Source: Diadema antillarum
Lineage: Eukaryota
Assembly: GCF_040938485.1 (NCBI RefSeq)
Contig: NW_027271004.1
Location: forward strand, 1,674,001 to 1,738,000
Reading direction: 5' to 3'
DNA: 64,000 nt
A program made the position numbers and the translations under genes. The notes beneath the pieces were generated by a model that saw nothing but the letters and a program-made list of their open reading frames with translations, had not been told where the DNA came from and did no database searches. Below, in pieces: positions 36,601 through 48,600 of this stretch; the stretch's first letter is position 1, and every line of letters starts with the position of its first letter.

Positions 36601-39600
36601 AATACTGATATTCAAACACTGTTGACAAGGTGTAAAGTAGAGAAATAGTTCAGGCAAGGTAAAACGATTCCCCAATGAAAATATGCTGGATCTAGACCTC
36701 TCGTTTTGAAAGCTTGGCAAGAGATTGTTATTTTGTCCAGTGCAGAGTTATATAGAGTTGTAGCAGAAGCCAACTTTACTATCAACTGCAATTCCATATG
36801 ATATAAGGCCCTGACTCCTTTAGACTTCTGGAACACTTGAAAGACAAAATATCCTGCATGTTAGATTATTGCTCTCAGATATTACTGCTTCAGACAGGTA
36901 TTTTTTCCTGCTCTAAATATTCCAGCTGACTATATATATACATGGTTCTTAACAACTCAGTTATGTCACATGTCAACAAAGTGTGCCCTAGATTTGAAGG
37001 ACTGATGTCATTACATATTATTACTTTGTTTGTACATTGTTTATGCACAGACTTCGCATTCATGAAGAGATCTAGAAATAGTTTGTGTAGTGTATTGCAT
37101 AAAATGTCAGATTGCTGTCATGGTGTGTAAAGCATAGTCTGAAGCTGACGTGAATTGTTTGTCATTTCTTTGCCAAAAGGTGTGGCTCTCCTCTCCAATA
37201 TTCCAGGAAGGGTGATTAAAGACAAGAAGAAGCAGAAAGATGAGGTATGATGTGGGGAGTCGAGGCTCCAAACAGCATTAGCTTAGACCTATGGCTGTAT
37301 TTCACACTTTGCTGATGTGCACTTGCTTGTATTGTATGTGCTATATAAATACTAGTTGTTGATTGGGTCATAATGCAGTCACATGACTAATGCAAGAGCA
37401 TCAAAGTTGTCATATTGCATGCAGTGATGTAACATCAGGCAATATAATTCCATAATTTGACTGGCTCCAGACGAGACTACAATGAAATGATGTGTATTTA
37501 TTGAGACCATACAATATGATATATATTCCCTTGTCTGTTCTGTTATATAATAATAATATAATAATAAATATCATTTATAAAGCGCTTATTACAACGTTTC
37601 TAAGCGCTGCAGAAAAAAATTGGAAAAATAGATTCAATTATGGAATATATACAAATTGTGATACGATGAAACGCAATACAAGATACAAAATACATAAGAT
37701 GAACATTGTAAGTTATAACTTAAAGAACGAACTTAACATATATACAGACTGCATTTAACAAATCAATACAAATTACATGGCATGAGAGAACAGATGAGTT
37801 TTGAGTAATGATTTGAAGGAGTCTACTGTTGGAGCTTCACGGACGTGGATGGGCAAGTTGTTCCATAGTGTAGGTGCAATAACACTGAAGGCGCGGTTGC
37901 CATAACGGGTACGGGTGCGCGGTGCCGATGTGAGTTGAAGGTGTGCAGTGGAGTGAGAACGAAGGCGTCTGGTTGTTGAGGAAGTAGATATAGTCCGGAG
38001 GGAAACCAGATGATGAAGATAGGATGGTGCTAAGTTGTGGACAATCTTGTAGGTGAGGAGTAGAACTTTGAAGATGATGAATATATTGACTTGACAGTCC
38101 CATGAGAGTTATGATTTCGCCTTGAGGCAATATTTTTCCTCAGCACTGCCTGCCTAGGAAAAATATATATATTTTTTTTAACATATGACTCCCATAAGGG
38201 CAGCAAGTGTTGGAATACTCCCTTAAAAAGGCAATATTTGTATCATATCATGTGGAGTCTTTGAAAAATTCTGCCTGCTTTGGCATGCATTTTACTTTTG
38301 ACCAATAACGATTCCATTACATTTTCTGTCCTCTCTTTCTTGTTTGTTTGTCTGTTTAGGTGTGTAATTCAACTCCAAATATGCTTACAGAATAGCAGAC
38401 TGTACATTTTTTTTGTTGCTAGAAACATTTTGTTTTCAGTTCTGATGCTCAGATGTGAATCTGTGAGAAAGGAAAAAATGGGTAAAATGGAATGAAAAAA
38501 AAAATACAAAGATTGGCTTTTGTTTTGTCATTTTAGTTGTCATTGTTGCTAAGATGGTAGTTTCTTGGCTCGATGCACTTGTGTAGCTTGGGTCTCTGTC
38601 AATTGCGCCACATGTGCAGGATGCATCAAGCTGCTGGTTGCTGATCTCATATTACTTAGATAGTTCCCTCATTGTAAGGAAGGAGAGCTGGTTGTTTGTC
38701 ATATGCGCATGTGTCAATAATACCCATAAAATGGTAACATTCTTGCGTTATACACTCTGCAACACAGATGGGAGACGGGGTGGCGGATGGCAAGCAGGCC
38801 AAGAATTCAGCAGCCCCTGAAAAGGCCCTTCCGGGCCCATCACATGGGGGAAGGCATGGGGCAGGTGGAGGCAAGGCAGCACGTCAGAGGGCTATAGCCA
38901 AGGGAGAGGACCTAACGAGGGTAAGTCACAGCCTGATCTTCCATTCTCAGAACTTTCTCTTATTCATTTATTTATTTGTTTGTTTTGTTTCAGTAGGGTA
39001 GCTCTGTCAGTAGCTAAACACTGTTATTCTCAGAGGCCCTTCTTGTCTTCTCATTTTTTTCCTTATGGGAAAATATTTGAAACTTCAACTTTCTCCGGCA
39101 AAAGAAAGATGTGGGGGGGGGGATGTAACAAACAAATAAATTTAGTTAAGATTTAGCATCCAAGAAAACTTAAGCTACCTCAGTGAGTAGGCCAGTCCAT
39201 CGTCCCCAGGAGATTATTTCCAGAGGTTGTTCTTTCTGCAAAAAGTCACAGTGTGCATACAAGTATTTGTGAGATGAAAGTTGGATGGTAAGTTGAGAGA
39301 TTTGAAAAAAAAAAAATATATCCCATGAGGAAACAAAGGGATTATGATTTTTCACATGGACGTGGTGCAACTGCCAATCAGTGCACAGAAATATTTGATC
39401 AAGGTCAGTTATGTACTTTACAGAGCTGCCAGCTGGCAGGTTATCAACATATCTTGTACTTCTTCATCTCAAATAAGAAAATGTTTTTACCAGCTAAATA
39501 TTTCATTCTTATTTTTTCTTTCGTTCATGCAGTGTATGAACTATTGGTGTAATTTTCCCAATTTGTTAACTTATCATTTCCCCTTCAGAGCAAATACAAG

Positions 39601-42583
39601 TGTATGTACAGTATATTCATATGTGCACACCCATACATTTGGTGTCTATTTGTTTGTTTGTGACTGTATTTTTGTCTGGAGAATTCGCAACCCCAGGATA
39701 TTTTAGTTACACTGATATTTGTGTTGTCTGATCCCTTGACAGAAAAAGATTAATGCCCTTCTGAAGGATATTGAAGAGCAAGACCAGCCCCAGGTTGTGA
39801 AGCTGGGTGATGCCAGTATAGCCTCGCCATTCACCTCAAAGCTCTCATCAGTGCAATGTGGTATGTGTTGGAGGACAAATTTCTTTTAATTCATTTTTTG
39901 ATTTTCCACCCATGACCCTTTTCTGACCTGTATGTTCTTTCTCTGTATTTCTTTTCTTTTTTTTTTTTTTTATGCCACAGAGGCATAATGTTTTCAGGTT
40001 GTCTGTCTGTCCGTCCATCCATAATCAATTTTGTGGACAGCATAACTCAACTGTTAGAGGTATCCAAATGAAACTTGGTATATGTATCTGTGAGAGAACG
40101 AAGTTGTGTCAGCTTTTGGTTGCACATGCTGAAGGTCAGAGGTTAAGGTCAAATTATTGATATTTAATGATTTCACCCATATCTATGCAATGCCTCAAGG
40201 TTTGTTTGGGGTTTATTTCAAAAAACTTAGTGCATATATACATTACCAGATTTTCTGGGGCAAGTTTTGGGCCATGGGGTCAAAGTTCAAAGTTTAAGAG
40301 GAAATCCTAAAGATTTCATTTGTTTTCACTGTATATCAGAAATGGCTCTAGATATCTTTATGAAACGTGACCTATGTGTGCACTGCCTTCACTCTTCGCT
40401 GCAGTGTGTCACATCATCAAGCAGGGCCGCTGCACGCTGGTCACCACTCTCCAGATGTTCAAGATCCTGGCCCTCAACGCTCTCATCCTGGCCTACAGCC
40501 AGAGTGTGCTGTACCTGGACGGGGTCAAGTTCAGCGACGCCCAGGCCACACTACAGGGTCTCCTATTGGCTGGCTGCTTTCTATTTATTTCAAGGTCAAA
40601 GGTTAGTTCATGCCATGACATCAGTTAAAGGTGCATGGTCCTGGTGTATCTTCGTACCAATGCTAATGGTGATCGGCAGTATCATCAACAGCGCCCTCTA
40701 CACTACCGGGACTATGCACCTTTAATGTCCAGTACTGATGAGAGTTTTGGGCAAATTGCAACATCCAGTGAAATCTTCTCCAAATTATTGTTTCTCTTTA
40801 GAGCAAAGTATGTGTGTGTTTCTGGATGTGTTTAATGTGTGTACGTGTGTGTTTATATGTTTCAATGTATATTTGAGTGTATTTGCATGTGTGTGTTTGT
40901 ATCTTTCTCTATAGGATTGAATGTATTTACAATGTGTTTGTGTGTGTATGAGTTTCTGTGTATGATTCATTGAGTGTGTTTGATTTACAAGTGTGTACGT
41001 GTTTATGTATGATTGAGTGTATTCAATTTACAAATGTGTATGTTTTTGTGTTTCTGTGTGTCATTAAGTGAATTTGATTTACATTTGTGTGTTTATATGT
41101 TTCTGTAAATACGTGAGTGTATGTACATGTGTGTGTGTGTGTGTGTGTGAGTGATTTTTTCCTCTCTCTCTCTCTCTCTACGAGAGCTGAAGGTGAGTTG
41201 TGTTTTCCTTTATTCTCTTCTTGCACACAGTAGTGTGAAGGAAGATACAATCAGGGAGGTGTTACAGAGATGGAGTGGCAACTCCTTCATAATTCATGCA
41301 AACACATGATTGGGTTCAAGGCGTTACAATGGGATGTCTAGCATTCCACTACGCTTTTAAGTCATGCTCGGCACCGCTCTAGTTGCAAGACGAAGTTCGG
41401 AGACGAAGAATGCATTTCACCTTTCATTGAATTACCAGCTTTATTTCACCGTAAGATTTTAAATGAAATACTCGAATTGATTTAGAATAGTTTAGGAAAG
41501 AATTCAATATTATAAACATGTATTTCTAGTTTCTTTGTAATGCGCAAATCGAAATGAAATGAATATTAGGCCCTCTTAAAATCTAATATTTTTCTGTAAT
41601 GCGCACATTTCCGCATGTTAGTTTTCTATCTTTTAATCTGGGATATTTTGATCTTTCAAATAAAGTACTCCGCTGAAGCGTGTTCCAGCGTGCTTTTAAA
41701 CTATTTGCTGTTAAAATTGTCAGTTTGACACTGCATTTTGATTCGCTGCTCCAATTCAAGGTACACAAATTCATTGTTGCCATCACATTGAAAGAGAGAG
41801 CGAATTGCAGTAGGGGCAAGTATTTCTAGATGTGAGAGCGCTAGACCCGATTATTGATGCTCTCTTTTGTCAAAGCACATGGGTAACACCTGTAGTTGAA
41901 CGCATAACTTCTTGGCGGTGCCGCGCATGACTTCAAAGGAGAGCAGTAGTTGTCTCTCCTTCTCTAGCACCTCCCTGATACAATCATTTCTTTTTGTATG
42001 GAATAGGTGTGGGTAGCTCAGATTACAGCAATGCCATGATTTTCTTGTGCAGAATGTCAGGCTGTGTCTTGGGAATGAATTGCCGATGGCTTTTATTGCA
42101 GTGCACATTAACTTTCTTGAATACGACTTGTGGATGATTGTTGTCTATCTCTATTGCCTCTGTCACTTCCATCCCCACACCAGCCTCTGAAGGTGCTATC
42201 TAGGAGTCGGCCCCTGCCGAACATATTCAACGTGTACACGGTTGTGACGGTCATGTCTCAGTTCGCCGTCCACTTCTTCTGCCTCATGTACCTTGTCCAG
42301 GAGGCCAAGGCCAGGTCTCCCAAGAGGTCAGTGTCCAAGCAAAGTCCGCTTTCCCCACCTGTGAGGAAAATTTTCTCGCATTTTGCAAAGCGATAAAGCT
42401 AGCACTAAGAGAGTGTGTGTAAAAGTGCACACATTTTTGCTTGTTATGTGAAATGTAATTTTGTATCTGTGATTTCAAGATAGGTTTATTGTTGGGGTTT
42501 AGTTGCTATGTTATTGTCCCCGCCGCACGAGTTTGAGCTGGGGACTATGAAACGGGCTCCGTACGTGTGTGTGTCCGTGCGTC

Positions 42584-42618
<35 letters not shown>

Positions 42619-45600
42619 GCATCCGTGTGTGATCAAAATCTTCAATTTGCTTCTTCTCTGTCATTTATTAGCCAATTTTGATTCTGTTTGCTTTATATGA
42701 TAGCACTACATGGGAGCTTTGAAACTTCTACACAGAATTTCAGTTGTGACCTTTGACCTTGACCTTTGACATATATTGTACATTTTGCTACAAAATGCTA
42801 CTCCTTCGCCATTTCTAACCCGATTTCGATTCCGTTTGCTTTATATGATGGCACTAGATGAGGGCTTTAAAACTTCTACACAGAATTTTGACCTTTGACC
42901 TTGATTTTTGACCTATATTGTACATTTTGCTACAAAATGCTACTCCTTCGCCATTTCTAACCCGATTTCGATTCCGTTTGCTTTATGTGATGGCACTAGG
43001 TGAGGGCTTCAAAATTTGTATACAGAATTTTGACCTTTGACTTCTTTGACCTTTGACCTTGATTTTTGACCTACATTGTACATTGGCTACAAAATGCTAC
43101 TCCTTCGCCATTTCTAACCCGATTTCGATTCCGTTAGCTTTATGTGATGGCACTAGGTGAGGGCTTCAAAACTTCAACACAGAATTTTGACCTTTGACTT
43201 TTTTGACCTTTGACCTTGATTTTTGACATATATTGTACATTGGCTACAAAATGCTACTCCTTCGCCATTTCTAACCCAATTTCGATTCCGTTTGCTTTAT
43301 GTGATGGCACTAGGTGAGGGCTTCAAAACTTCTACACAGAATTTTGACCCTTGACTTCTTTAACCTTTGACCTTGAGTTTTGACCTTTATTGTACATTTT
43401 GCTACAAAATGCTACTTCCGGCGGGGACATATATTATGCACTGCGTAATTTCTACTTTTCCTTGTTTGTTATTTTCTTCACATTCGCTAGTCCTGTAGCA
43501 CGAGTAAATTTGCAGTCGTAATGCATACCAGTTACCCTTAACTGGTGACCGTATGTGCTACCAAAACTCATAACTGTCACGGCATCGGTAAACTGTTTGA
43601 AGTGCTCACGCAATTGTCGTGTTCATCCTCGAAAGTTAAAACGTGACATTCATCTTTAATACTTGGCCAAAAGTGCAAAAAAAAAAATTACTCGCATGAA
43701 AATTTCCACTTGTACAATATGCCTCTGCTCTCAAATTATCATAAAATATTCTTTTGTAAGAAGTCATGAGAATGATTCCTCCCATGTAGATGCTTCCAGC
43801 TCTGTATTTGTTGAAGGAAGAAATCGCTGGTGACAAAGATGCATACACAGCAATATGTGTGCGAGGATGCATAGTTTATGTTTGCAAGTTTAGTGTAATG
43901 TATTGGGTATCTGTAGCTTTTCCTAAAAGGATAGACAAATATATCAGCTTTTTACAAAATGCTCCCATCAAGTAATTTCATGTAACTAAACACAGCTTGA
44001 GGAGGAGAAAAGCTTTGAAGGCATCAGTAGTGAATTTTTATGGGGACAAGGACAGAAGATTTGCAAAGTGGTTGCTCAAATGTTTGGAATTGGTCACCTT
44101 CGAAGAAACCTCGACGAAGCCAAATATTTCACATTTTACAGTGACTGTCACAGCCATGAAACATTGGACTCATGTTTTGTGTGTCTTATAAAGTGATGAA
44201 TTTACAATATTGGGATCAGTCTGTCGCCCTCTGTGTGTTTGTTGGTTTGTATTTTGCTTTTTTTTTTCCACTTATATATTCACATTTGTTTTTTGTTTTT
44301 GTTTTTTGTCCCCGCCGAACGAGTTCGAGCAGGGGACTATGAAACGGGCTCCGTACGTGTGTGTGTCCGTGTGTCCGTCCGTCCGTCTGTCCGTCCGTGT
44401 GTCCGTGTGTCCGTGTGTGCGTCCGTGTGTGATCAAAATCTTCAATTTGCTACTTCTCTGTCATTTATGAGCCAATTTTGATTCTGTTTGCTTTATATGA
44501 TAGCACTACATGGGAGCTTTGAAACTTCTACACAGAATTTCAGTCGTGACCTTTGACCTTGACCTTTGACCTATATTGTACATTTTGCTACAAAATGCTA
44601 CTCCTTCGCCATTTCTAACCCGATTTCGATTCCGTTTGCTTTATGTGATGGCACTAGGTGAGGGCTTCAAAACTTCTACACAGAATTTTGACCTTTGACT
44701 TCTTTGACCTTTGACCTTGATTTTTTGACCTATATTGTACATTTTGCTACAAAATGCTACTCCTTCGCCATTTCTAACCCGATTTCGATTCCGTTTGCTT
44801 TATGTGATGGCACTAGGTGAGGGCTTCAAAACTTCTACACAGAATTTTGACCTTTGACTTCTTTGACCTTTGACCTTGATTTTTGACCTATATTGTACAT
44901 TTTGCTACGAAATGCTACTCCTTCGCCATTTTTAACCCGATTTCGATTCCGTTTGCTTTATATGATGGCACTAGTTGAGGGCTTCAAAACTTCTACACAG
45001 AATTTTGACCTTTGACTTCTTTGACCTTTGACCTTGATTTTTGACCTATATTGTGCATTTTGCTACAGAATGCTACTCCTTCGCCATTTCTAACCCGATT
45101 TCGATTCCGTTTGCTTTATGTGATAGCACTAGGTGAGGGCTTCAAAACTTCTACACAGAATTTTGACCTTTGTCTTCTTTGACCTTTGACCTTGATTTTT
45201 GACCTATATTGTACATTGGCTACAAAATGCTACTCCTTCGCCATTTCTAACCCAATTTCGATTCCATTTGCTTTATGTGATGGCACTAGGTGAGGGCTTC
45301 AAAACTTCTACACAGAATTTTGACCTTTGACTTCTTTGACCTTTGACCTTGATTTTTTACCTATATTGCACATTTTGTTACAAAATGCTACTTCCGGCGG
45401 GGACATATGTTACGCACCGCGTAATTTCTACTTTTCCTTGTTGTTTTTGTTTTTTTCCATGCAGGGAGGAGAAGTTTGCTGACCTAGAGAAGGACTTTGA
45501 GCCAAACTTGGTCAACAGCACAGTCTATATTTTGTCCATGATGTTGCAGATTAGCACCTTTGCTGTAAATTACAAGGTAAGGAGACATTTTGTCTGCTGT

Positions 45601-48600
45601 GTGTGCTTCTTGTCTGTCAGAACTTGCCAAGTGAAGCAGACACATGAGAGGCAGAGGAGAAATAGGCAGAACAAACTTTGCTATCACGAGATGATATCAG
45701 ATGACATTTTTATTCATGAGAGTTAAGATATATATATCACAGAGGGCTCAATTGCACAAAAAGTGGTTCGTACTTGACATCTGCAATCTTCATCATCCAG
45801 TGACGCTTTCACATGTGATTTTTTTTTTTTGCCAATTTATTTTCTTTTGCTGTTGCTATTTCACTTTTTTCCTATTCTTTTTCCCTCTGTTATTCTTTAT
45901 CTTGTTTGATGTTGCCTCCCTATTCATCCTTATCCTTCACAGGTTGCCCCCTTTGATCTTTTGGATCATCACTGACCCACCTCTGCCTTTTGTTTGTCCA
46001 ACCTCTTGATTTAATCCCCTTCCCTTTCTTGTTGGGCTCCCTGTCTGTGATTTCTAATCCGTCCCTTTTGTTTTTTCTTTGTTCTGTGTCCCTAGCCCTC
46101 CCCTGTGTGTGCTTGTTGTGTGTAGTCCTTATATGTGATTGCTTTCCCTGCCCGTTTGTCATTTTGCCTCTGACGAAGATTCTGCTAGGATCGAAAGCTC
46201 AGGCCCATTTCAACTCCATTTTTTTTTTCTTCTTTGACTTTGCATCCAGATTTTCCCTTTACATGCATCACTGCCCAGTTTGTTCTGAAGCATATTGCCT
46301 CCCTTTGGGGTGTAAACAAGATTGTGCATGAAGCTAGTGGTGACAATTACTCTGAATTGCTTTGTTTTAATTGTACTTCCACCAAGGAGGTTATGTTTTT
46401 GCTGACTTTTGTATATTTGTTTGTTTGTTTGTTTGTTTGTTTGTTTGTTTGTTTGTTTGTTTGTGTGCAAAATAACTCAAAAAGTTGTGAACAGATGTGA
46501 ATGAAACTTACTGGAAAGCTTAAGAATGACACAAGGAACAGATGATTAGATTTTGTTAGTGATTCGAGAATTTTTATAGATTTTATGAAGGATTTTCGAT
46601 ATTTTGGCAGGTAGGGTCAATGAACATGGGAGTTCAAGCTGCGCAATTTGTGAGGTTTGCATATGCGCACTAAAGTGTGTGCTTTGCACGGGCGAGGCGC
46701 CGTGCAGCTGGAAGTTGATGAGGTAACAAAATGCTTCTATACATATTGGGAAATTGGGCGATTTTCAGCATGCACACTTATTGTATGAGTGGAAATCACT
46801 GATCTTGTTTGGAGAACAAAATCAGTGGTGGGAATTAGCTGCTTGGCAGAGGTCTCTGCTTTCAGAGTGCTTCTCTAGTTGTTAAAGGACAAGTCCACCT
46901 TCATATACATGTGGATTGAGTGAATGCAACAATATAAGTAGAACACACTTGTAAAGCTCCGATGAGCTCTCATCTTGTTTTTTAGCTGCACATAGAAATT
47001 TTTGCAGAGGATTTTTACCTGCACACTGTACACCCAGCACTTGACAAGCACAAGGTACGATAATACGCCAGAGGCGGACTGTACCAGACTGGAAGAAGAA
47101 GAAGAAGACATAAGTGAAAGTTTGGGGAAAATCGGACAATCCGTCCAAAAGTTATGAATTTTCAAAGTATCTGGGCAGTCACTGCTGGATGAGAAGACTA
47201 CTACAGTGTATGATGTCATATGCGTACAACGATATAAAGAAAATAAAAAGAGAATTTCACAAAACTTCACTTTTTTGATAAAGTGCACATTTCTTCGACT
47301 AGTTACTGACATATGTTAAGGGTAATATTATTCCCCCCTGCCTTCTGAAAGAGAGAAGTCAAGTGTTCTTTTGTTATGCGAGAAAAGTGAAAATATGTTG
47401 AATTTTCTTCATTCTGTCTTTATATCGTTGTACACATGTGACATCACAAGCTATAGTAGTCTTCTCATCCAGCCTCGAGTGAGCAGAAACTTCAAAAATT
47501 CATAATTTTTGAACGGATTGTCCGATTTTCCTCAAACTCTCACTGATGTGTTCTACTAACATTGCTGCATTCACTCAACCCAAATGTCTATAAAGGTGAA
47601 CTTCTCCTTTAATGTGTAGCTTTTTTGTTTGTTTGTTTTCACTACAGGGCCACCCATTCATGGAGTCCCTGAGGGACAACAAGCCCCTCCTCTACAGTCT
47701 CTTCTTCTCCACCATGGCCGTGTTCGCCCTCGTCTCCGGCGTCGTGCCAGACATCTCCGACCAGTTCGAGATAGTCGAGTTTACAACTGATGTAAGTATT
47801 GTACAGTAGTGGTTACCTCATTAGGTACACGGCGTTCACGGGAAGGAGTATTCATAACTCTTGTTTAAAGTGCAAAACAGTTCACATATGCCTGCAGAAC
47901 TGTCAATTTTTTGCTCTAAAATGTACACATATGCCTAAGAAATGTGTGAAATAACGCTGTAATAACGCAATTTCATTTGAGTACCAACAAAATTGTGAGA
48001 TATTGGCCAAAATTTTTGCCAGAAGTATGACAGTCTATAGTCAGTTTGCTTAATGTCAAATTTTGAGATTACCGTTACACGGTGGATAAAAGCACCAAAT
48101 TTGGAGAGATGATCCCTCAGGTCCTACTCATTGATATTTGAATAGGAAAATTGTCTATTCTGGAAAATTCTTATTTTCATGGTATAAATGCTGAATTTCA
48201 TTTTGCAGAAGATTTCGCGTGCATGAAACTTTTGCAAATTTTGCGAGGAGGCAAGATTGCGAAAGCAAAATGCGCACAATTCTAAACGATGCATTGAATG
48301 CCAGTGACAATCCGCGAAAGTCTCATGTCGCGAAAATAGCAAAATGACTGCACCGCCTGTCATCCTGTGGCAGATTACCGATTACTCTCTGTGCACATGC
48401 AGCTAGCTGTGCAGCTTAAAGTTCAAAAGTTCAAGTATGTGTTGTACAATAGAGTTTTGTGAGTGCACAGTGCATACACATGCAGAGTGAAGTTTGTCAT
48501 TACTGAGGAGGGCACTCCAATCCTTGTGAGCAGAGACAATTTTTACGTAGTTCGCCCTCTATAGGCAGTGAGTATATAACCTCTGATATTATTCCACTTT

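Noticed and set aside
42650-45400. CRISPR-like repeat array
   Set aside because: Head-to-tail ~158-bp units without unique spacers, in a eukaryotic intron; explained as HINE cores
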